From: an uncultured archaeon
GTDB taxonomy: Archaea > Asgardarchaeota > Lokiarchaeia > Sigyniarchaeales > SOKP01
Direction: 5' to 3'
NCBI GenBank assembly: GCA_964632315.1
Contig: CAZWEM010000067.1
Coordinates: 1 to 17,401 of the forward strand
Length of the DNA stretch: 17,401 nt
Shown here: piece after piece, positions 1 to 8,323 of the stretch
Layout of the letters: every line of letters begins with the position of its first letter
Numbering within the stretch: position 1 is the stretch's first letter
Position numbers and translations under genes: made by a program
Notes under the pieces: generated by a model
Databases searched by the model: none
Told to the model about the DNA's origin: nothing
What the model saw: only the letters and a program-made list of their open reading frames with translations

Positions 1-78
1 CTCGATACCCAGATCTTCAGTCTGGTGCGTTCGGAGAACTTTAATGTTCAGTTCATTCCCGGGCTACGCCATCTTGCC
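1..78 (-). tRNA. tRNA-Phe(GAA), 3'-truncated by the window edge, with a 26-nt intron at about position 22/23 (window 30..55)
   Basis: The reverse complement reads GGCAAGA TG GCGT AGCCCGGGA A[TGAACTGAACATTAAAGTTCTCCGAA]CGC A CCAGA CT-GAA-GA TCTGG GTATC GAG. Removing the bracketed segment restores the D-stem GCGT/ACGC. The anticodon stem CCAGA/TCTGG is perfect and the anticodon lies at 16..18. Confidence 0.92.
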
Positions 79-314
79 TAGAAATAGATTAACAATTAAT
101 TTATGAAATTAAATTGAATGTGTATAAAAAGAGAAAATCTCATTTAAATTTTATTAAGAAAGGATAAAGGCGTGTCTATATATACAATAAAAAAAGATTT
201 GATAATAATTTATTCATAAAATAACCAACGAATAAGCCAAATACTGTAATAATAAAAATTATAGTCGTTGCTGAGTATTCAACAAGTTAAAGTCTCAAGA
301 AAGGTAAATGAAAT

Positions 315-464
315 TTGATAATATATCATTTGACTGGATTAGATTTAATAAGTGGTAATTCTATAGACCATCATATTAGAACAACTGAAAATTTGAAGGA
401 TATGAAAAGAATGGGTTTAGAAAAATGGATTTCTTCACAAGATGAGCCAAAATTTTATTCATAA
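315..464 (+). pseudogene. 49-codon remnant resembling the C-terminal part of DUF3795-type proteins
   Basis: Manual translation from TTG gives LIIYHLTGLDLISGNSIDHHIRTTENLKDMKRMGLEKWISSQDEPKFYS*. The HHxxTxENLxxMKxxGLExWIxxQ pattern is recalled from DUF3795 C-termini, and the Cys-rich N-terminal part is absent. Confidence 0.4.
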
Positions 465-557
465 ATTTTTTATCAAAATTTTTTAGGTTGATATAGATGA
501 TTCAAAACTTATATTTTGTTTAACATCCATAATTTGGTGATCCATTTCAAAAACCTA

Positions 558-776
558 ATGTCTGAAAAGTAACATTTAAAAGATCGTTTTACTACGTATT
601 ATTTGGAAAACCAAGATCAAAAGGTGAAAGAGATAAAGCGGGAAATAAAAAAATATAAGGGAATTATTGAATGGGAAGAAGATAGCCAAGAATTTAATCT
701 TAGATTATATAAGCCTGAAAATACTCCAAAAAAGTTATATACGATTTATGGAAATTTTGAAATAGAACAAGAGTAA
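558..776 (+). pseudogene. Possible decayed small gene with an in-frame TAA at 570..572
   Basis: Translation is MSEK*HLKDRFTTYYLENQDQKVKEIKREIKKYKGIIEWEEDSQEFNLRLYKPENTPKKLYTIYGNFEIEQE*. Composition is purine-rich and coding-like; no family recognised. Confidence 0.3.
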
Positions 777-826
777 ACTTTTATAATTCTTATTTTAAAA
801 AAAGTAAAAATTTTTGAAAAAATATT

Positions 827-1420
827 TCATAAGAAAGCTATTTTATTTTTCTCTCTTCGATGATCTGATTCAATTAAATGTTTAAACTCAACATTATTAT
901 CATCAATAAATTCCCAAAATTCAAGATATATCTCTTCTAAAGACAATCCTTTCTTAACTGGATTTTGGTCTATATTTTTGCTTTCAAGAATTCTATTCTT
1001 AGGATTTGAAATAATCTCCTCTTTGATATACAAATTTTCTTTTTTCATTTTATTGAGTTTTCTAACTTCAATCGGTTTAAATTCCACATAATTTCCATCA
1101 ATTATGATTTGATCATAAAGGTGACTTTTGTTTTTATTCGGTTCCTGTCCTGTTTTGCCCAACAGGTCGTAAGCTACTTCGAAATCAACCTTTTGGTATC
1201 CTCTAATCGCAAAGTTTTTATCTACAAAAGCTTGAAAGTGATGTGAGCATACCAAACCTTTTGGAATAGATACCGTAGTTAATTGCCGAGCTTTATTGAT
1301 GATAGACCTAGGAATTTTCAGTTCTTTATTAATCTTGCAGACAGGGCAGATAAATTTTACCTTTTGATATCCATTAACATCATCCATTGACGGATGAATA
1401 GATTCTCTGATTAATGCCAC
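827..1420 (-). CDS. Hypothetical protein with an N-terminal CPxC...CxHHF putative zinc-binding domain (family recalled from Lokiarchaeia)
   Basis: 197-aa ORF with a GTG start. Conserved-looking segment CPVCK...LTTVSIPKGLVCSHHFQAFVDKNFAIRGYQKVDF, followed by a Lys/Asn-rich linker and a C-terminal EIYxEFWEFIDD helix. Confidence 0.8.
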   Translation of the reverse strand: MALIRESIHPSMDDVNGYQKVKFICPVCKINKELKIPRSIINKARQLTTVSIPKGLVCSHHFQAFVDKNFAIRGYQKVDFEVAYDLLGKTGQEPNKNKSHLYDQIIIDGNYVEFKPIEVRKLNKMKKENLYIKEEIISNPKNRILESKNIDQNPVKKGLSLEEIYLEFWEFIDDNNVEFKHLIESDHRREKNKIAFL

Positions 1421-1532
1421 TTTAAATACACCCTATTATCATTAGAATTGAATTAATTTAAAGTCCTATATTTATGCATCAAGTGTCTGTATAAATATTA
1501 ATAGGGTGAGTGGATTAATCGTAAAATTTGAC

Positions 1533-2075
1533 TTATAATTCTTCTGGATGAAATTCTATATTTAGATTATCATCATCTAATTCAAAATCAAATTCAAGTT
1601 TTGGTATTAATCCTGATTGAAAGATGAGTTTATGTTTTCCTTTTGTGAACTTTTTAATACCTTCTGATTTAATCTTGATCAAGATATTAATTGTATCCCC
1701 TAAAGCGATAATTCGTCCTGCTAAATTTCCCGCTAATAGATCATCAATAGTGAAACTCTTTCCCTTATGATAAATCATAAAATGATTTTTAATAGTTTCC
1801 ACGTTATATTCATTTTCTGCGATAGTGACAGGATTTTCATCGATATAGAGTTTTCCATATTCTTTTAGATCAAATCTTTTAAGATTAAAATCTTTACTAC
1901 TGAACCCTCCAAGTTCGATCTCTGGAGGGATCTCAATTGCCATTACCACGTTAAACGCTCTTATCAATAATGAATCTGCATTCCCATTCCCAGTCGTATC
2001 AACAGTAAATATGCATTTTTTGGGAGGAAAAATTTTCTTGAATAAAACTTTTAAAGCAGATATGTCATAATCCAA
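1533..2075 (-). CDS. Hypothetical protein, probably beta-rich
   Basis: 180-aa ORF with a TTG start and typical composition; it fills the gap between co-oriented genes. No family recognised. Confidence 0.75.
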   Translation of the reverse strand: MDYDISALKVLFKKIFPPKKCIFTVDTTGNGNADSLLIRAFNVVMAIEIPPEIELGGFSSKDFNLKRFDLKEYGKLYIDENPVTIAENEYNVETIKNHFMIYHKGKSFTIDDLLAGNLAGRIIALGDTINILIKIKSEGIKKFTKGKHKLIFQSGLIPKLEFDFELDDDNLNIEFHPEEL

Positions 2076-2158
2076 TGATTATCAACTTTTTTCTCGTTTC
2101 AAATATTCAACCTTAAGAATTATAATCAGTTATATCTTAAAAATTTTGAATTGAATTT

Positions 2159-3217
2159 TTATAAATTTACAATGATCTTGATGCATTTTTTTTTTTTCAT
2201 TAAATCAAAACCTTTTGATAAATCTTTTAAGCGAATTCGATGTGATATTAACTTTTCAACGTCAATTACCCCATTTGCGATTAATTCTATCGCATCTAGA
2301 AAATCTTGTGGGTATCCTATGTAAGAACCCATTATTTTTCTTTGGTATCTTACTATCTCATTTGGTTTAATTCGCGCTTCAGCACGATAATCTTGCCCAA
2401 AACACACGAGACGTGCTCCAGATGCCCAAATAGAGGTGGCCATTTCAAACGTTTCGGCAATTCCAACAGCATCAATTATAACATCTGCTCCCCTATTCCC
2501 AGTACTCTTTTGAATTTCATCATGGACATTTTGAGTATTGGGATTAATCCATAAATCAGCTCCGAGTTCCAAAGCTTTTTTACCACGCCATTCATCCAAT
2601 TCGATGAAAATTAATTTTTTAATGGGGTGCTGCCGCACAATAGACCCTATTATCAAACCCATAGGACCCGCTCCAATGATTACTACATAGTCTGACTCCT
2701 TAACGTCAGCAAGATTGTGACAATGTACAGCACATGATAATGGTTCGATCAAAGCTGAAGCTTCTAAATCAATATCTTCAGGAAGTTTGAAAATAGTGCT
2801 TCGAGGAATAACACAATATTTCGCGAACCCCCCATTTTGAAAAATCCCAAAAGTCGTTCCTGTAGCCATATATTCACATAAGCTTGATAGTCCTTTCCTG
2901 CAATTAGTACAGTAACCACACTTTTCATTAGGATCGATGACAACTTTATCTCCAATTTCGATATCTTTAACACTTTCTCCTTTTGCTAGTACAATTCCAC
3001 TGAATTCATGACCCAAAATTGTTCTATCGTTTGCGGGATGCCCTCCATTCAATATTTTTAAATCAGTCCCACAAATCCCACAAGCTTTTACCTCGATTAA
3101 TAATTGGTCTGATCTCGTAATTTTTGGTTTCTCTATTTCTTCTAAGCTAATAAAACCTCCTTTATTGTCATCTTTATTGAAAACCGCAGCAAACATTTTA
3201 TCCATTTTTAACATCAT
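2159..3217 (-). CDS. Zinc-dependent medium-chain dehydrogenase (polyol/threonine dehydrogenase-like, probably NAD-dependent)
   Basis: Catalytic Zn motifs CGICGTD, GHEFSG and EPLSC; structural Zn site CGYCTNC-x7-C; Rossmann motif GAGPMG with an acidic residue in IELD. The true start may be one of the downstream Met codons. Confidence 0.93.
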   Translation of the reverse strand: MMLKMDKMFAAVFNKDDNKGGFISLEEIEKPKITRSDQLLIEVKACGICGTDLKILNGGHPANDRTILGHEFSGIVLAKGESVKDIEIGDKVVIDPNEKCGYCTNCRKGLSSLCEYMATGTTFGIFQNGGFAKYCVIPRSTIFKLPEDIDLEASALIEPLSCAVHCHNLADVKESDYVVIIGAGPMGLIIGSIVRQHPIKKLIFIELDEWRGKKALELGADLWINPNTQNVHDEIQKSTGNRGADVIIDAVGIAETFEMATSIWASGARLVCFGQDYRAEARIKPNEIVRYQRKIMGSYIGYPQDFLDAIELIANGVIDVEKLISHRIRLKDLSKGFDLMKKKKCIKIIVNL

Positions 3218-3340
3218 TTAACTAATCTATTAAGTTTTGATTAAGAATTTTAAATCAAAGATTTAAATTTTATTAAGTTTAATTTGAATAGATAATTTAT
3301 CAATTGTAACCAATTAAATCTAATCAAAAAAGATGATACT

Positions 3341-4546
3341 ATGAGTGAAAATAAAGTACAAGTTTATAGTTATCGTTGGATCGTTCTACTTGTATTTATG
3401 TTTACTAACATAACGATGCAAATTTTGTGGATAACTTTTGCACCAGTAACTATTGGAGCGATGGCATTCTATAATGTGGATGAATTCTCGATTGTTTCCT
3501 TATCATTAATTTTTATGATTGTTTACATTCCAGTTACTTTCTTATCGTCCTGGTTGGTTGAAAAAGTAGACTTTAGATGGGGAGCGGGTATTGGTGCATT
3601 GTTGGGAGGAATTTTTGGTTTTTTAAGATTTTTTGCTGGTACAGATTATACTTTATTATTGATCTTTGAGATTCTTATCGCAATTGGCCAGCCATTCCTT
3701 TTAAACAGTATTACAAAGTTATCTGCAAACTGGTTTCCTGATACCGAAAGAACTACTGCTACTGGACTTTGTTTAATTTCCCAATTTATTGGAATTTTGT
3801 TGGGATTCTTGATTACCCCATTTTTAGTGTTTGGAAATGACTTATCAATTATGCTTTTAGTCTATGGGATCGTTGCCTTAATTTCGGGAGCGCTATTTAT
3901 TATTTTTGCCAAAGCAAGACCGCCAACACCTCCATCAGATATAACATCCTCAGAAACTGTATTCATGTGGGAGGGTCTTAAGAAATTATTCACTAATAAG
4001 TACTTTCTAATACTGGTCGTTTTGTTTTTTGTTGGTTTAGGAGCATTTAATATGATTTCTACATATATCCAGTTGATTATTAGTCCAAGGGGATACACAG
4101 AAGAAGATGCTGGAATTTTAGGAGCCTTGATGCTTTTAGGTGGTATTATAGGGGCTATATTAATGTCAACAATATCGGATAAATTTCGAAAGAAGAAGCC
4201 GCTTCTGTTAATTTCAATTTTTATAACACTAACATCTCTATGTGTTTTATCGTTTACATCCAATCTATTTCTTTTAGACCTTTTTGGTTTCCTTTTTGGA
4301 TTTGGAGTTTTATCTGCTGGGCCTGTAGCATTAGAATACGCTGCTGAAATTACGCGTCCTGTTCCTGAAGTTTCTTCGAATGGTATGCTTATGATGGTTG
4401 GCCAAATTGGAGGCATTTTATTCATTATCACGATGATATCTCCCACCGGAGATTATTTTCCAGCTCTCCTTTTACTTGCTATTCTAACCTTTATAATTTT
4501 TGTACTATCATTCTTTCTAAAAGAAGCCAAAATGAACAATCTATAA
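3341..4546 (+). CDS. MFS transporter, SLC49/FLVCR-like
   Basis: About 12 hydrophobic helices. N-terminal YxxRW, GQPFLLNSITKLSANWFPDTERTTA, central-loop RPPTPPS and SDKFRKKK motifs, as recalled for FLVCR/DIRC2-type MFS proteins. Confidence 0.9.
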   Translation: MSENKVQVYSYRWIVLLVFMFTNITMQILWITFAPVTIGAMAFYNVDEFSIVSLSLIFMIVYIPVTFLSSWLVEKVDFRWGAGIGALLGGIFGFLRFFAGTDYTLLLIFEILIAIGQPFLLNSITKLSANWFPDTERTTATGLCLISQFIGILLGFLITPFLVFGNDLSIMLLVYGIVALISGALFIIFAKARPPTPPSDITSSETVFMWEGLKKLFTNKYFLILVVLFFVGLGAFNMISTYIQLIISPRGYTEEDAGILGALMLLGGIIGAILMSTISDKFRKKKPLLLISIFITLTSLCVLSFTSNLFLLDLFGFLFGFGVLSAGPVALEYAAEITRPVPEVSSNGMLMMVGQIGGILFIITMISPTGDYFPALLLLAILTFIIFVLSFFLKEAKMNNL

Positions 4547-4662
4547 CTTAAAAAAATTTTATTTTTTTAATTTTTTAATAACACTTACTAAATCAAAAAA
4601 AAAATTATTATTTCATTAGACAATTTCATCATTATTAAAATCTAAAAAATTAGCAAATAATC

Positions 4663-5838
4663 ATGAAAGCAATTGAATTATCAGCAAAATGGAATCCTAA
4701 ACCCAATTATAAGCTTGGTTTGAAAGATATAGAGGGCAAATTGACTTATTTAGGATCCCAGGTTTGGAAACATCCTGAAGTACAACTCGTGGAAAAAAGT
4801 GTTCCTAAAATCAAACCCAATGAAGTATTAATCAAAGTAAAAAGGTGTGGAATTTGCGGTTCGGATGTTCATATGAACCAAACAACTAAAGATGGCTATA
4901 TTTATTATCCAGGACTGACCGCCTTTCCCGTTACTCTTGGACATGAGTTTTCTGGTGAAATCGTTGAATCTGGGATAAAAGCTTTTAATAAAAGAACAGG
5001 AAAGCCATATGAAAAAGGAGAGCCAGTTACGGTTGAGGAGATGGTTTGGTGTGGAGAATGTAAACCATGCTGTGATGGATATCCCAACCATTGCGAGCGT
5101 CTTCAAGAAATTGGGTTTTCAATAGATGGAGCTTTTGCTGAATACATAGCAGTTCCAGCCAAATTGTGTTGGAGCCTTAAAAAGCTAGAAAAGCGTTATG
5201 AAGATATCTATAAAATTGGTAGTTTAGTGGAACCCACGTCAGTAGCTTATAATGCAGTAATAGAGAGAGGAGAGGGGATAAGACCGGGTGAAAATGGGAT
5301 TATTTTAGGAGCAGGACCAATAGGATTAGCTGCCGTGAAAATTTTAAAAACCGCTGGGGCAGGATTGATAATAGTTTCAGAACCAGAAGAACATCGAGCT
5401 CAATTAGCAAAGAAAATGGGTGCAGATTATGTTTTCAGTCCTTTAAAAGAAAACTTCACAGATAAAGTGCAAGAACTCACGGATAATGAGGGAGCAGCAA
5501 TATATCTCGAGGCAACCGGATTACCTGATATGGTAATTCCTGACATACAAAACACGATTTGGGAATGTAAAGCCGTTAATAGCACTGTTGTAATTGTTGC
5601 AAGAGCTGAACAACACATGCCAGTATGTGGGGAATATTTTCAAGTAAGAAGGGCTAGGATAGTTGGGGCTCAAGGTCATTCGGGCCATGGAACCTTTCCA
5701 AACGTCATAAGCTCAATGGGCGCTGGTATGGATATGACTCCAATGATTACAAAAGAAATCTCATTAGAAGAGGTCCCAAAACACTTACAACTCTTACAGA
5801 CTGATCGAGAAAATTGTAAGATTTCAGTGAAAATTTAA
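4663..5838 (+). CDS. iolM: scyllo-inosose 3-dehydrogenase (Zn-dependent MDR)
   Basis: The distinctive N-terminus AKWNPKPNYKLGLKDIEGKLTYLGSQVW, plus GYIYYPGLTAFPVTLGHEFSG, EEMVWCGECKPC and GAQGHSGHGTF, match Thermotoga maritima IolM as recalled. Clustered with iolN and iolO. Confidence 0.92.
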   Translation: MKAIELSAKWNPKPNYKLGLKDIEGKLTYLGSQVWKHPEVQLVEKSVPKIKPNEVLIKVKRCGICGSDVHMNQTTKDGYIYYPGLTAFPVTLGHEFSGEIVESGIKAFNKRTGKPYEKGEPVTVEEMVWCGECKPCCDGYPNHCERLQEIGFSIDGAFAEYIAVPAKLCWSLKKLEKRYEDIYKIGSLVEPTSVAYNAVIERGEGIRPGENGIILGAGPIGLAAVKILKTAGAGLIIVSEPEEHRAQLAKKMGADYVFSPLKENFTDKVQELTDNEGAAIYLEATGLPDMVIPDIQNTIWECKAVNSTVVIVARAEQHMPVCGEYFQVRRARIVGAQGHSGHGTFPNVISSMGAGMDMTPMITKEISLEEVPKHLQLLQTDRENCKISVKI

Positions 5839-5850
5839 CTTCTTTTTTTT
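5839..5850 (+). terminator. Oligo-T tract after iolM, putative archaeal terminator
   Basis: CTTCTTTTTTTT directly after the stop codon. Confidence 0.45.
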
Positions 5851-5957
5851 CGATTTTTATTTAGTATTTAGGGATTAAGTAACTGAATCCATAAATTTTA
5901 TATTAAAATTCAAAATTATTTTGTAATTAACACCTTAGAAATTATGGTGTATATCCA

Positions 5958-7412
5958 ATGAAAAAAAAAATCGAAAAATTACTAACAACTATTTTAGTTC
6001 TATCGTTTTTATCCCCATTTCTATTCTTGGCACCAGATGTCAGAGGAAATCCGACGATTATAGCTTATTCTCCAGATGAGAAGGGATATATTGAAGAAAT
6101 TGGACCGAATAAATATCTCATGCATTTAGAAGGAACTCCATATGAAATGGGATATCAACAAGGGTACCTTGGCCCTACGAGTGTTTCAAGACTAGCAACT
6201 GAAGAATGGTTCAAAGCTGTGGTTATGAATCTATTGGAAGCTCCTGAGTGGATACTTCAATTTATCATGAGTGATGTGATGGATTATAATCGACTCTTGA
6301 ACGTAGTTGGTAGTGTCGTGGATAGTGGAACTTTATCCCAACTTGCTGCTCAATCGGGTGACTCATTAGATACTTTATTAGATAAAATGTTAGATCTATG
6401 TCGCTTGACCGTAGCTTACAATACGCGGTACGTGCCCCAACAATTTCTAGATGAAATTCAAGGAGTTGCTGATGGTTGTACCGATGCAGGATATACAGTA
6501 ACATATGAAGATGTCCTACTCTTAAATATGGGAATGGATGCGATGCTTGCATTGACATACCCAGTCGTAGAACCCTACTTATTTTGGTTAGATCTCTTTT
6601 CATTTTTATCATGTAGTGGTTTTGTTGCTCAAGGTTCTGCCACTGTTGGAGGTCATACTATAATGGGTCGTCACTGGCAGTTTACCTCCTATATTCTTCA
6701 CGAGGAGATGATGTTCATGGAATTCGTGCCTGATTCGGGCAATAGTTTCTTAAGTACATCAACACCAGGCTTTGTGGGGGTCACTTCTGCAATGAACGAT
6801 CAAGGATTAGGAATTGGAAATGATATGGTTCCTGCCCAAGATTGCGATCCAGCTAATTTTGGAATGGGAACTCTCCTAACATGTAGGTACATCATGCAAT
6901 ATACAAATCAGCTAACGGCAGCTATTAATCATATAAAATACTCCACTAGGGGAGCTTCATGGATATATGGTATTGGTGATGGAAGAAATGGAGAAACAGG
7001 AGGAGTAGCGTTGGAAACATCAGAAAATTATTGTTCAATTCGAAGCATGTCTTATGAACATCCTTGGTGGGCTATATTCTCATATAATCAAATTGAACAC
7101 AAGAGTGATCTTGTTACCTATACGAATCATTATATCTATCGTAGAATGAATGACTGGGCAGATGCTACAGCCATAGCGGACTCGAGAGATAGATATTCTT
7201 GGTTAACCAATGAAGCATTAGATGTTTATGGCACTATTAATCTCGAAGTGGGTGCTGAGTTAATTGATTATTTACATCCACCAAATTACAATTACTATGA
7301 TGATCCTAATGGTCCTGTGGGCGCGGCATTAACATGTTGGGATTTAACGACACTTGAAGCAAAAGCATTATTTGGATTTTATAGTGATTCATGGGTTTAT
7401 GCAAATCTTTAA
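5958..7412 (+). CDS. Secreted or membrane-anchored Ntn hydrolase, peptidase C45 / acid ceramidase-NAAA-like
   Basis: Basic plus hydrophobic N-terminal signal; GTPYEMGYQQG and DEIQGVADG in the alpha chain; predicted autocleavage nucleophile Cys219 (S|CSGF); downstream PGFVGVTSAMNDQGL and TNH motifs. Confidence 0.87.
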   Translation: MKKKIEKLLTTILVLSFLSPFLFLAPDVRGNPTIIAYSPDEKGYIEEIGPNKYLMHLEGTPYEMGYQQGYLGPTSVSRLATEEWFKAVVMNLLEAPEWILQFIMSDVMDYNRLLNVVGSVVDSGTLSQLAAQSGDSLDTLLDKMLDLCRLTVAYNTRYVPQQFLDEIQGVADGCTDAGYTVTYEDVLLLNMGMDAMLALTYPVVEPYLFWLDLFSFLSCSGFVAQGSATVGGHTIMGRHWQFTSYILHEEMMFMEFVPDSGNSFLSTSTPGFVGVTSAMNDQGLGIGNDMVPAQDCDPANFGMGTLLTCRYIMQYTNQLTAAINHIKYSTRGASWIYGIGDGRNGETGGVALETSENYCSIRSMSYEHPWWAIFSYNQIEHKSDLVTYTNHYIYRRMNDWADATAIADSRDRYSWLTNEALDVYGTINLEVGAELIDYLHPPNYNYYDDPNGPVGAALTCWDLTTLEAKALFGFYSDSWVYANL

Positions 7413-7427
7413 CTTTTCTTTTTTTTT
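7413..7427 (+). terminator. Oligo-T tract between the convergent C45 hydrolase and iolO genes
   Basis: CTTTTCTTTTTTTTT immediately after the TAA. Confidence 0.45.
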
Positions 7428-8247
7428 ATAAAATAAGATCAAGATACTCAGACGCATCTTTTGCTAATTCTTCGAAGGAGGGTTTCATGATCGTCTCTAA
7501 AGACAAAAATCCCTCATATCCTCCCTGTTTGAATCCATTAATAAAAGTTTTAAAATCAAAATGCCCAGTTCCGGGTGCTCTCCTCGTACAATCTGCTAAA
7601 TGCACATGACCAACGAAAGGAACAATATCTATGAGGTCATCCCAAATATATACTGGATCTTCTTCTAAATTTGTATGAAATGAGTCTATTAATAATTTTA
7701 GATGATCCGACCCTATCTCATGGATTAGAGACAACGACTGAGAAATAGTATTGAAGGAATCGATTTCAAACCTATTTATTGGCTCAAAAACCAATTCAAT
7801 ATCACGAGTTTCTGCAACTTGGCAGCATTCTTTTAAACAAGAAGTAATGTTTATTTTTTCTCTTGTAGAATTACTTTCATGACTATAACGACCACGAATC
7901 AATCCAATAATTACTTTAGCATCAAAATTTTCAGCAAATTCAATGTACTTAACGATTCTTTCGATAGCTGCTTTTCGAATTGATTCTCTAAGGTCACCCA
8001 GAGAATATCCAAAGCGTATATAAGTGCTTCCAGTACCCAAAGCTGGGATTTTCAACTCATATGATTCGCAGAGTTCTATTATTTCCGTTGTCTCAATTTT
8101 CTCGGGTTCTAACAGACTTAATTCGATTCCATCATAACCTAAAGGTTTTAGTATGTGGCAAAGCGATGCAAATTTTTTGACAACCGCTCCTTTACTCTCT
8201 TTAGACTCATTAAGGTTACAAACAATACTGAGATTGAGTCTTGCCAT
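7426..8247 (-). CDS. iolO: 5-keto-L-gluconate epimerase (xylose isomerase-like TIM barrel)
   Basis: ALGTG, VIIGLIRG, EPINRFE, DSFH, HVHLAD-x2-RRAPGTGHFDF and SLE metal/catalytic motifs resemble T. maritima IolO. Divergent from iolN. Confidence 0.85.
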   Translation of the reverse strand: MARLNLSIVCNLNESKESKGAVVKKFASLCHILKPLGYDGIELSLLEPEKIETTEIIELCESYELKIPALGTGSTYIRFGYSLGDLRESIRKAAIERIVKYIEFAENFDAKVIIGLIRGRYSHESNSTREKINITSCLKECCQVAETRDIELVFEPINRFEIDSFNTISQSLSLIHEIGSDHLKLLIDSFHTNLEEDPVYIWDDLIDIVPFVGHVHLADCTRRAPGTGHFDFKTFINGFKQGGYEGFLSLETIMKPSFEELAKDASEYLDLIL

Positions 8248-8323
8248 ACTTTACTAAATACATGCAATGATTAAAAAATTTAACATATAGAATTGACTTT
8301 ATTAATTATATAAATTACTATTA

